Source: a bacterium (GTDB lineage: Bacteria > Zhuqueibacterota > Zhuqueibacteria > Oceanimicrobiales > Oceanimicrobiaceae). Taken from it: a stretch of 30,502 nucleotides of DNA. The stretch spans positions 1-30,502 of the forward strand of contig JBBIIG010000050.1 of assembly GCA_037446635.1 (NCBI GenBank), given 5' to 3'. The notes beneath the pieces are model-generated. The model was not told the origin of the DNA and did not search any database. It worked only from the letters and a program-made list of their open reading frames with translations. Position numbers and translations under genes: made by a program. This document shows positions 17,301-24,796 of this stretch, one piece after another; positions within the stretch are counted from its first letter, which is position 1; every line of letters starts with the position of its first letter.

Positions 17301-17605
17301 AGGATCAAATTGGGAAACGTGTGGCGATAGCGCAGCACCTGTTCGGAATCTTCGATGCCATTGAGATCGCCGATGGTCGGCGATTTAGCTTCGATGTATC
17401 CGGTGATGTGTTGCAGACCATCCCACACGCGGAAGTCAGGATTGCCGGCCTCGGTTTTTTTGGGCAGCGTGGTAATCCGCACATTTTTCCCGGTTGAATC
17501 AGCGAACTCCTTCAATACCTCGGCGAGGAGAGGATAGAAACTCTCTTCGCGGGCGTCGCCGCGGCTGGCTAATTCATGAATTTTTGTGAGATAGGATGTC
17601 AACAT
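14357..17605 (-). CDS. Single-chain restriction-modification enzyme: PD-(D/E)xK nuclease, N6-adenine MTase, Type ISP-like specificity domain; no helicase
   Basis: PDF..YIEAK; GVYYTP; LDPAAGT; GNPPY; DDYVKF; YRPFD; IDFPRVP; IGGYQV..KWLKDRK. The longer start at 17689 lies in a REP. Confidence 0.88.
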   Translation of the reverse strand: MLTSYLTKIHELASRGDAREESFYPLLAEVLKEFADSTGKNVRITTLPKKTEAGNPDFRVWDGLQHITGYIEAKSPTIGDLNGIEDSEQVLRYRHTFPNLILTNFFEFRLYRNGELIDKVAIARPFVIQKLGAVPPVENEAAFLKLLETFFAFSLPRVYSAQTLAVELAKRTRFLKDQVVAEELKEKENARGFIHGFYEAFQQYLIAGLSKEDFADLYSQTLTYGLFAARTRAKNGFNRKLAYDHIPRTIGILRDLFRFISLEDVPPPMEWIIDDLTEVLAVTDVNQLLHDFYREGKGRDPIIHFYETFLAEYDPATREKRGVYYTPEPVVSYIVRALHHILKEKFNRRDGLASDAVTVLDPAAGTLTFLAQAASLAADEFVAQRGAGAKETFIREHVLQNFYAFELMMAPYAIGHLKMAFLLDEMGYQLRPDERIKLYLTNTLEMEELAQTELPGMASLSEESHLAGRVKKEQPILVILGNPPYSGHSANPSPWMDDSLKKGYTLPNGDKDEGYYRVDGQPLGEKNPKWLQDDYVKFIRFAQWKIDQAGEGVLGFITNHSYLDNPTFRGMRQSLMNSFDEIYVLDLHGNSLKKEKCPDGSKDENVFDIQQGVAIALFVKMKEKEKPHPMFRPSPQLNIFVPKEEKPKKKPKKKCQVFHADLWGLREQKYEWLEKHEIKNTEWQKLKPKSEFYLFIPRDERGLKLYERSLKINEIFPVNSVGVVTSRDSLVIDPDPKALKRRIRMFCDESIPDEMIRRTFNLKDKSNWKLKTAREKLREDENWGKSIHKILYRPFDAQWICYHDQLVERTRREVMQHMLKTNLALCVGRAGQVVGLEKPWNIVFCSDCMTDLNLFYRGGNVNFPLYIYAEQPKPNRGANSTMMIVFEPAEPYRTKKPNLNPALLESLKKAYRKQPTPEEIFCYIYAVLYSNIYRNQYAEFLRIDFPRVPFTSEYKLFQKMSKLGQRLVGLHLLQSKELDRAPLKLQGTGSGKVDKPQFDAERRRVYINRDQHFEKVEKQIWEYHIGGYQVCDKWLKDRKGRALALADIRHYSGIVTAIAKTLAIQKEIDKIYPEVEKRIVVV

Positions 17606-17647
17606 GGTCGCTGCTGAATTTAGCAGAGTTTTTGAGAAAAGCAATAA

Positions 17648-17725
17648 ACCCTTCCCCCAATTCCGCTCTTTGGAATGTTCCTCCTCCATTTTCGCTTTTT
17701 GAAAATGGGGGAGGCTAGGAGGGGG
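17648..17725. repeat. C-rich/G-rich REP-like hairpin
   Basis: CCTCCTCCATTTTC-N7-GAAAATGGGGGAGG-CTAGGAGGGGG; same style as 25545-25580. Confidence 0.65.
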
Positions 17726-17733
17726 TCGCGCGA

Positions 17734-17800
17734 GTAGAACTCGGATTATTGGAAATTATCGGATTGCAAATCCGATGACTTCTGGCAATCCGTGTTCTAC
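17734..17800. repeat. GTAG-type nested REP hairpin
   Basis: GTAGAACTCGGATT..ATCGGATT-GCA-AATCCGAT..AATCCGTGTTCTAC. Confidence 0.75.
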
Positions 17801-17913
17801 ACTGGCAGTTTTCCTAGCCGGTTTTTCGGCATCTTCTACCTCTAAACTTAGGCTTGCTTTGAATCTATATTTTAGCTAACTTTTCGCCATTAAAAAACCG
17901 GAGAATAAGTTTA

Positions 17914-19623
17914 ATGAAAACGGCCATTTCGAGTGACGTTCTTTTTTCGATTGCGGTGGTCTTCCTTTTTGCCGTCAACGTGTTTGCGCAAAAAGCCGAT
18001 TTGGTTTTTAAGAATGGCGTGGTTTACACAGTGGACGAGCGATTGCCGAAAGCGCAGGCCGTGGCGGTGGCGGACGGGAAAATTCTGGCGGTGGGCAGCG
18101 ACGCCGAAATTCAGAGATTAGCGGACAATGAAACGCAGGTGATCGATCTGCAGGGCAAAACGATGGTTCCCGGCTTCATCGATAGCCACTATCACTTCAT
18201 AGGCGTGGGGCAGCGCGAATATTATCTCAATCTCGACGGTGTGAAATTGCTGGAGGAATTTTTAGAAAAAGTGAACACTGACGTGGCGAAGAAAGCGAAA
18301 GACGAGTGGATCGTCGGCCGCGGTTGGATGGAAGAAGACTGGCCCACGAAAGAATTCCCGACCCGCTACGTTCTCGACAATGTTGCGCCACAAAATCCGG
18401 CGATATTGCGCCGCGCTGACGGCCACGCCGCGGTAGTGAACTCACTGGCCCTGAAAATCGCCAGTATCGATAAGAGTACCGCTGATCCGCAGGGCGGGAA
18501 AATTCTACGGGATGCCAACGGCGAGGCTACGGGCATGTTAATTGACAAAGCGATGAACCTCGTCACTCAGCACGTTCCGTCCGACAGCACGCCGGCCATG
18601 ATACGCAAATACTCGCAAAAAGCCGAGCAAGTGGCGCTGCGCTATGGCATCACCGAAGTGCATGACATGGGATCGACCTGGCCGATCGCGGATGTCTGGA
18701 AAGAGATGTACAAAAATGATGAATTGAAGATCCGATTGTACACCTACATCCGCGGGCCGGGAGAGGATGCCGACCGCTTGTTGAACGAAGGCCCGCAAAT
18801 CGGATTGTTTGACCATCGCTTCACGGTGCGCGGCATCAAAATTACCGCCGATGGCGCGCTGGGTTCGCGCGGCGCCGCGCTGCTGGAGCCGTACAGCGAC
18901 GCCGAAACTTCCGGATTGTTGATTTACAAAGACGAGCAAATTTATCCCACTATCAAACGCGCATTGGCGAATGGAATCCAAATGGCGGTGCACGCCATCG
19001 GCGACCAAGCCAATCGCACGGTGCTGGATTTGTTCGAGCGCGCGATGAAGGAAGTACCGCCCGAAAAGCAATCCCATACGCCCCCGCGTTTCCGCATCGA
19101 GCATGCGCAAATTGTACATTGGAACGATTTGTCACGCTTCGCGAAGTTGGGTGTGATTCCCAGCATGCAGCCGAGTCACGCCATCGGCGATTTGCATTTT
19201 GCGGTGCGGCGACTTGGGCTTGAACGAATGACGGAAGCGTACGCGTGGCGCACGTTCATCGATTCCGGCTGCATCATCCCCGGCGGCTCAGATGCGCCGG
19301 TGGAAGAGGGCAACCCGCTGATTGAATTTTATGCCGCTGTGGTTCGCAAAGATACCACCGGCTTTTCAGCTGAAGGTTGGCACCCGGAGTTAAAAATGAC
19401 CCGTGAGGAGGCGCTGAAGTCGCTGACCATCTGGGGTGCGCACGCGGCGTTTGAAGAGGAGATGAAAGGCTCGATCGTGCCGGGCAAGTTCGCCGATCTC
19501 GTGGTGCTGGATCGCGATCTGATGACCGAGCCAGAAGAGCGGTTGTTTGACATCAAAGTGCTGATGACGGTGATTGGGGGTGAGGTGGTGTTTCAGCGGG
19601 AGAGTCAAATTACGGGTAAATAA
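17914..19623 (+). CDS. Exported amidohydrolase family 3 (YtcJ-like)
   Basis: Signal peptide; PGFIDSHYH, DGH, DGALGSRGA, HAIGD, RIEHAQ, GSDAPVE, PGKFADLVVL. Confidence 0.92.
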   Translation: MKTAISSDVLFSIAVVFLFAVNVFAQKADLVFKNGVVYTVDERLPKAQAVAVADGKILAVGSDAEIQRLADNETQVIDLQGKTMVPGFIDSHYHFIGVGQREYYLNLDGVKLLEEFLEKVNTDVAKKAKDEWIVGRGWMEEDWPTKEFPTRYVLDNVAPQNPAILRRADGHAAVVNSLALKIASIDKSTADPQGGKILRDANGEATGMLIDKAMNLVTQHVPSDSTPAMIRKYSQKAEQVALRYGITEVHDMGSTWPIADVWKEMYKNDELKIRLYTYIRGPGEDADRLLNEGPQIGLFDHRFTVRGIKITADGALGSRGAALLEPYSDAETSGLLIYKDEQIYPTIKRALANGIQMAVHAIGDQANRTVLDLFERAMKEVPPEKQSHTPPRFRIEHAQIVHWNDLSRFAKLGVIPSMQPSHAIGDLHFAVRRLGLERMTEAYAWRTFIDSGCIIPGGSDAPVEEGNPLIEFYAAVVRKDTTGFSAEGWHPELKMTREEALKSLTIWGAHAAFEEEMKGSIVPGKFADLVVLDRDLMTEPEERLFDIKVLMTVIGGEVVFQRESQITGK

Positions 19624-19663
19624 AAGGGAGGCTGTGTTACTTTGACAATTGGAGGGAGGAAAC

Positions 19664-20248
19664 ATGGAGATTTGGGAAGTCGATAAACTCATTTTGTTTT
19701 TGGTCTTTTTCGTTCCGGGATTTGTATCGTTAAAAGTTTATGATTTGTTGATACCGGGTGAACAAAGAGATTTTTCGAAATCTTTATTTGAAGTTATTGC
19801 GTACAGCGCCTTAAATTATGCTGTGCTATCATGGTTGATTGTTTGGATATATTCTGAAAACTTTTATCAGACACACAGAGTATGGTTTTTTGTATTTGTG
19901 GTTCTTATTATGTTTGCATTTCCTACTGCTTGGCCTGTTTTTTATACTCAATTATGGAAATGGAAGTCCATTTCAAAATTTATTATTCATCCATTTAAGA
20001 AGCCATGGGACTATGTGTTCAGTAAGGGAGAGCCCTATTGGGTTATTATTCATTTGAAGAATGGCAGGAAAATTGGAGGAAAATTTGATTCGAAATCCTT
20101 TGCATCATCTTTTCCGGCAGAGGAACAGATTTACTTGGAAGAAGTCTGGGAGTTGGATGAGAAAGAGAAATTCAGAAAACCTATATTAAGGTCTGCGGGA
20201 ATGATTGTATTTTCCAATGAAATTTTAGCGATTGAGTTATTTAGATAA
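19664..20248 (+). CDS. DUF6338-like membrane protein (3 TM plus C-terminal beta domain)
   Basis: GGAGG RBS; FFVPGF..PWDYVF..WVIIHLKNG..IGG..ASS..QIYLEEVW pattern recalled for DUF6338; AT-rich. Confidence 0.7.
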   Translation: MEIWEVDKLILFLVFFVPGFVSLKVYDLLIPGEQRDFSKSLFEVIAYSALNYAVLSWLIVWIYSENFYQTHRVWFFVFVVLIMFAFPTAWPVFYTQLWKWKSISKFIIHPFKKPWDYVFSKGEPYWVIIHLKNGRKIGGKFDSKSFASSFPAEEQIYLEEVWELDEKEKFRKPILRSAGMIVFSNEILAIELFR

Positions 20249-20263
20249 TAATTGGAGGTCAAA

Positions 20264-20440
20264 ATGTCAGATAACAAAAACAAATCAGAAAAGGAGTTTC
20301 TCAGCATTGAGAGAAAAAAAGTATATGGGGGTTACCAACCTACTAAGGGTCATTTGGATTCTTCAAATCCACCGCAAGGAGGTTCAGGTTTACCTTCAAA
20401 ATCAACTAGCACTAAAAGCAAGACTGACAAGAAGGATTGA
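20264..20440 (+). CDS. 58-aa disordered peptide with GYQP..PPQGGSG motif
   Basis: GGAGG RBS; 15 nt after the previous stop; TGATG overlap with the ispG start. Confidence 0.65.
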   Translation: MSDNKNKSEKEFLSIERKKVYGGYQPTKGHLDSSNPPQGGSGLPSKSTSTKSKTDKKD

Positions 20441-22557
20441 TGCACAACTCAAAGAATTATTATAATCTACTCACCTACCGTCGCCGCAAAACCCGTGTGG
20501 TTTACGTCGGCGAGGTCGGCGTGGGCGGCGATAATCCCATCCGCGTGCAGTCCATGACCATTGCGGACACGATGGACACCGCGGCCACGGTGAAAGAGAT
20601 CGTGCAACTCGTGGAAGCCGGCTGCGAGATCGTGCGGGTCACCGCGCCCTCGATTCATGAGGCCGAGAACCTCAAAAACATCAAAGCGGAGCTAAATCGA
20701 CTCGGCGTGAAAGTGCCGCTGGTGGCGGATATTCACTTCACGCCCAACGCCGCGCTGATTGCCGCCGAGTACGTCGAAAAAGTGCGTATCAATCCCGGCA
20801 ACTACGCCGACAAAAAGAAATTCGAGCAGCGCGAATACACCGACGACGAATACCAGCGCGAGCTCGAGCGCATCGAAGAGCGCTTCAAGCCGCTGGTGTT
20901 GAAATGCAAAGCCCTGGGCCGCGCCATGCGCATCGGCACCAATCATGGTTCGCTTTCCGACCGCATCATGAATCGCTACGGCGACACTCCCGAAGGCATG
21001 GTAGAATCGGCGCTGGAGTTTGTGCGCATCTGCCAGAAGTACGATTATCACGATCTCATCCTCTCCATGAAATCCTCCAATCCGCAGGTGGCGATTCAAG
21101 CGTATCGCCTGCTGGCGGCACGCATGGATGAACTTGGCATGGATTATCCATTTCATCTCGGTGTCACCGAAGCTGGCGATGGCGAGGAGGGCCGCATCAA
21201 ATCGGCGGTGGGCATCGGCTCGCTGCTGGAGGACGGCATCGGCGATACCATTCGAGTCTCGCTAACGGAAGATTCGGTTTACGAAGTGCCAGTGGCGTTT
21301 CAGTTGGTGAAAAAGTTTAATGAGCTGAATCGAGTAGATTCCCGCCTAAAACATGCGGGAATGACAGAGCGCAACGGCGCGTTGTTAAAGTTGCCGGATC
21401 CGTTTACTTACAACCGCCGCGATACCATCGAATGCGATCTGGTTAATCACCGCATTGGCAAAGGACACGTGCCGCGCGTGGAGCTGACTCTAAAAAGTGA
21501 TTTTCACTTGCAAGAAGATCAAGCTATCGAAGAAGTCGCGACGATGTTGGGCAATAGCAGCAACGGCCGGCTTGTGCTCTTGGGTCAGGCATCGAAAAAT
21601 GGCGAGTTGAGATGCGAGACGGTGCATGTCCATCCGCGCACGCCGGATGAATTGCGTCGTCTGTCAGATTTCCAATCGACATGGTTGGAACGGGGTGATT
21701 GGGTACCGCTGGCGGTCGATGTCAGCTCACTGATTCCAATGGTGAAAAATGTGTCCATGTTGGCCGACCGTTTGGTTTTGAATTATGAGAGCGACACGTC
21801 CGCCGACACGGTTGCGCGCGTGGTGCAAGCGGCTGGTTACAATGGCCGGCCCATGGAATGGCGAATTCAACTTCATCCCGCGGGAAGCCGAGGGGTGTGG
21901 CAATTCAACGAAAATTTTCTTTCGAATGCCATCGGGAAAATTTTGGATCACTGCGCCAAAGCCGATTACTGGAACATTCTTTTTTCGTTGTCCAACAAGC
22001 CGGAGTTTACTGCGATCGTACGACCCTATCGTTTTCTCGCCGGCCGCCTCGATGCCCTCGGCGCGAATTTGCCGATTCTGCTGCGCTACTCTTCAAATGC
22101 CTCATGGGATGAAGTTCTCCTCGACGCTTCCGCGCAATTAGGCGCGCTGCTCTGCGACGGCATCGGCGATGCCATTCACATCGAGGCCGATGCGCCGCCA
22201 AAAGATTTGCTGCGACTGAGCTACAACATTTTGCAGGCCACGCGCCAGCGCATTTCGAAGACGGAATTCATCTCGTGTCCCTCCTGCGGGCGGACACTGT
22301 TCAATTTGCAGACCACCACCGAGCGCATCAAATCCAAAACCAGCCATCTCAAAGGGGTGAAGATCGCCATCATGGGCTGCATTGTTAACGGGCCGGGCGA
22401 GATGGCTGACGCTGATTTTGGCTACGTGGGCGCGGGTCCGAAAAAGGTAAACCTGTTCGTGGGCAAAGAATGCGTCGTGCGAAACATCCCTGAAGACGAA
22501 GCCGATGCACGGTTGATCGAATTGATCAAGTCGCACGGAAAATGGGTGGAGCCGTGA
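20440..22557 (+). CDS. ispG: HMB-PP synthase, long three-domain form
   Basis: IRVQSMT, PLVADIHF, RINPGN, RIGTNHGS, HLGVTEAG, GDTIRVSL, SCPSCGR, GCIVNGPGE. Confidence 0.97.
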   Translation: MHNSKNYYNLLTYRRRKTRVVYVGEVGVGGDNPIRVQSMTIADTMDTAATVKEIVQLVEAGCEIVRVTAPSIHEAENLKNIKAELNRLGVKVPLVADIHFTPNAALIAAEYVEKVRINPGNYADKKKFEQREYTDDEYQRELERIEERFKPLVLKCKALGRAMRIGTNHGSLSDRIMNRYGDTPEGMVESALEFVRICQKYDYHDLILSMKSSNPQVAIQAYRLLAARMDELGMDYPFHLGVTEAGDGEEGRIKSAVGIGSLLEDGIGDTIRVSLTEDSVYEVPVAFQLVKKFNELNRVDSRLKHAGMTERNGALLKLPDPFTYNRRDTIECDLVNHRIGKGHVPRVELTLKSDFHLQEDQAIEEVATMLGNSSNGRLVLLGQASKNGELRCETVHVHPRTPDELRRLSDFQSTWLERGDWVPLAVDVSSLIPMVKNVSMLADRLVLNYESDTSADTVARVVQAAGYNGRPMEWRIQLHPAGSRGVWQFNENFLSNAIGKILDHCAKADYWNILFSLSNKPEFTAIVRPYRFLAGRLDALGANLPILLRYSSNASWDEVLLDASAQLGALLCDGIGDAIHIEADAPPKDLLRLSYNILQATRQRISKTEFISCPSCGRTLFNLQTTTERIKSKTSHLKGVKIAIMGCIVNGPGEMADADFGYVGAGPKKVNLFVGKECVVRNIPEDEADARLIELIKSHGKWVEP
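21335..21365. repeat. REP-like hairpin inside ispG
   Basis: TAG-ATTCCCGC-CTAAAACAT-GCGGGAAT-GAC, encoding DSRLKHAGMT. Confidence 0.65.
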
Positions 22558-22587
22558 TCCTCTGAAGATGGAAGATAGACACTAAGT

Positions 22588-22622
22588 TGGCAGACGGCAA
22601 GTGGCAAATGGCAGATGGAAAA
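22588..22622. repeat. Degenerate 7-nt tandem repeat
   Basis: TGGCAGA CGGCAAG TGGCAAA TGGCAGA TGGAAAA. Confidence 0.6.
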
Positions 22623-22639
22623 AACGGATTATATTATAA

Positions 22640-22739
22640 CAAGGCTATTGTAAAATTGTTAGATGCGTAGGGAACGCATAGTATGCGTTCCCTACATCGT
22701 GGTTGAATACGTGCTTTTGTGATTTTTACAACAGTCTTG
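22640..22739. repeat. MITE/REP-like element copy 2
   Basis: Ends CAAGGCTATTGTAAAA / TTTTACAACAGTCTTG (14/16 inverted match); core GTAGGGAACGCATA-G-TATGCGTTCCCTAC (22667-22695). Confidence 0.8.
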
Positions 22740-22787
22740 TTATTCTCCTTACCTTTTTTGACCTCAGAGCCTCCAAGCAAGTCAATA

Positions 22788-22822
22788 TCTATTCTCAATC
22801 TTCTATCATTTATCCTCTATCT
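22788..22822. repeat. Degenerate 7-nt tandem repeat
   Basis: TCTATTC TCAATCT TCTATCA TTTATCC TCTATCT. Confidence 0.55.
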
Positions 22823-22989
22823 TCTTCTTGGGATAACAGCCTCAACTCCCTTCCCTTCGCCACGGCCTGCGTGCGGCTGTGAACCTCCAATTTGCCATAA
22901 ATATTGTTGATGTGCCGCTTCACGGTGCTGGTGGCGAGAAAGAGCTTGCGGCCAATGCGCTCGTTGGAAAGACCTTCGCTACTCGTCAT
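22810..22989 (-). pseudogene. LuxR-type HTH fragment (MalT-like C-terminus), 59 aa
   Basis: Hand translation MTSSEGLSNERIGRKLFLATSTVKRHINNIYGKLEVHSRTQAVAKGRELRLL..; first LuxR helix missing. Confidence 0.75.
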
Positions 22990-23007
22990 ATCATCCTGGG
23001 GGTTAAT

Positions 23008-23310
23008 TTACACCGCCGCGTAAACCTGAACCTCTTTTTCCAATCGATTTTTGAGGCGCTCTTTTTCAACTTTCAGATCGAATCTTGCTTGCAGATTGAC
23101 CCAAAACCGTTCTGAAAGTCCGAAATATTTTGAAAGTCGCAGCGCAGTATCCGGGGTGATGGCGCGTTTGCCCTGAACTATTTCATTAATTCTTCTCGCG
23201 GGCACATTGATGTCTTTTGCCAATCTGTATTGACTGATGCCCATCGGCTTCAGAAATTCTTCGAGTAAAATTTCTCCGGGATGAATGGGATCAAGTTTGT
23301 CATTGGCCAT
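23008..23310 (-). CDS. higA: HigA-family antitoxin (orphan)
   Basis: PIHPGEILLEEFL, RINEIVQGKRAITPDTALRL, FWVNLQ. Confidence 0.93.
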   Translation of the reverse strand: MANDKLDPIHPGEILLEEFLKPMGISQYRLAKDINVPARRINEIVQGKRAITPDTALRLSKYFGLSERFWVNLQARFDLKVEKERLKNRLEKEVQVYAAV

Positions 23311-23319
23311 AATTTCATC

Positions 23320-23462
23320 CCGAGTCTTTCATATCCTGCAAGATCATTTTGCTGAGTATTCAAAAGACTCCGCGCCACGAGTTCCGTGAATGGTGCCAAA
23401 TTCCCCTCGTCCGACAACGCCAGCGTTTCCAAATAGGCGCGCCTCTGTTCCATTTTTATAAA
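23320..23462 (-). pseudogene. Fic-family C-terminal remnant
   Basis: IKMEQRRAYLETLALSDEGNLAPFTELVARSL resembles the helices after the Fic motif; no HPFxxGNGR. Confidence 0.55.
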
Positions 23463-23515
23463 ATTATCGTCCGCATTGCAAGCGAAAGTATCTCCATAGA
23501 CAACTGTTACAAAAA

Positions 23516-23890
23516 TCATTTTATCTCCGCAATTAGCGCTGGCTGGACGCGCATTTTTTTTGCGCCAGAAATGGTCACCGCGCCGGCTTTGGCGCGCCGC
23601 GGCTTACGGACGTTGCGGGCCGGACAGTACGACACCGTCACGTTGCGGCCATGACGCATTTTGGAAAACCATGCCGCCAACGCAGCGGCTTCTTTCAAAC
23701 TATTTTTGTCCGGCTCGAGGCCCGCTTCCCCGCAGCGCAGAATCACGTGGCTGCCGGGCGCGCCGCTAATGTGCAGCCAGATGTCGTTCTGGTGCGCGAT
23801 TCTGAAAGTCAACTCGTCGTTGCTGTCATCGTCCTGGCCCACGAGCAGGTCGAGGCCGCTGGAACTGCGGAAGGTTTTTATTTTCGCCAC
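23516..23890 (-). CDS. NFACT RNA-binding domain (DUF814) protein
   Basis: LVGQ..NDELT, DIWLH..PGSHVIL, AAALAAWFSK, VRKP..KAGAV. Confidence 0.9.
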   Translation of the reverse strand: MAKIKTFRSSSGLDLLVGQDDDSNDELTFRIAHQNDIWLHISGAPGSHVILRCGEAGLEPDKNSLKEAAALAAWFSKMRHGRNVTVSYCPARNVRKPRRAKAGAVTISGAKKMRVQPALIAEIK

Positions 23891-23943
23891 TTTGTTTTAA
23901 AACCACGAATTGAAGCAAATTGTTGACGCCATGCTAAACCAAC

Positions 23944-24049
23944 GAGATTGCTTCGACTCGCTAAGCAACGCGAGTCTCGCCTGCCCGCCAGAGGCCTTCC
24001 GCCGAAGCGGATCCGCCAAGCGGACAGGCAGGCGGGCCGAAGCAGTCCC
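23944..24049. repeat. Composite nested palindromic element
   Basis: Outer GAGATTGCTTCG / CGAAGCAGTCCC; inner GCCTGCC..GGCAGGC enclosing TCCGC-N-GCGGA hairpins. Confidence 0.7.
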
Positions 24050-24096
24050 AACGAATAAGCAACTCAATTGAAAATTTGAGATTTGCATTTTGGGAT

Positions 24097-24666
24097 TTAT
24101 TTCGATTGCATCCGTTTTTGCACGCCGTTTGTGTGATGCAGATTGTGATACAACGTGAACATCAGCATCTCACGCACCGTCAGCTTGCCCAGCGCTGGGT
24201 GCGGCAGCAGGTAGCGGTCGAGATCGCTTTCGCTCCAACTGCCGAGGGCCGCGATAATGGCCTTTTCCAATTTAATCCAGGTTTTGATAATTTTTGTGCG
24301 CTCGGCGTGCGCTTCGTCTTCGGTGTACGGCTTTTCCGTGAATTCCGGAGCATATTTGCCGGCTTGCAGACCACGCCGCAATTCCTGCTGGTACTGTTTC
24401 TCGATCTGCCCAAATCGTTGAGATGGCCGGCGCGACATTCCGAAACGGATGAGCAAAAAAAGTTTCGGCGCCCGCAGCGCTTTCAAAATTGGGCGGTTGG
24501 ATTTGATGAGATGGCGAAGATGGTCCGCCGCCGACCAACTGTTGTTGGGGCGCTCAAACAGATCATCCAACGTTAGCGCTTTGAAGGTGTTGGTCACGTG
24601 CTCCGCGACTTTTTGCAGCGCCGGTATCAACGTCCGTTTGGTATAAGGATCATCCAATTCGAGCAT
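24097..24666 (-). CDS. DinB-family protein
   Basis: WSAADHLRHL, HPALGKLT, HNLHH. Confidence 0.88.
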   Translation of the reverse strand: MLELDDPYTKRTLIPALQKVAEHVTNTFKALTLDDLFERPNNSWSAADHLRHLIKSNRPILKALRAPKLFLLIRFGMSRRPSQRFGQIEKQYQQELRRGLQAGKYAPEFTEKPYTEDEAHAERTKIIKTWIKLEKAIIAALGSWSESDLDRYLLPHPALGKLTVREMLMFTLYHNLHHTNGVQKRMQSK

Positions 24667-24796
24667 AGAGCCTCCCGTGATGAATCAACGAATTGTTCAA
24701 CTGCACCCTCGCCATCGACTCAGAATCAGAAACAATCCCTTCGCAGCAGCCACTCCGCTGGCTCAGATCGAGAAACTCCTTGGCGCAATTTTTGAC

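Noticed and set aside
14357..17605. BREX or DISARM system
   Set aside because: No partner genes adjacent
17606..17689. N-terminal extension of the R-M gene
   Set aside because: Start lies in a REP-like hairpin; sequence looks non-coding
22561..22830. CRISPR array
   Set aside because: 7-nt degenerate units, no spacers, no cas genes
23250..23519. higB toxin gene
   Set aside because: No RelE/HigB similarity; middle resembles a Fic tail and the end overlaps higA
23897..24088. 63-aa ORF
   Set aside because: Translation of the composite repeat
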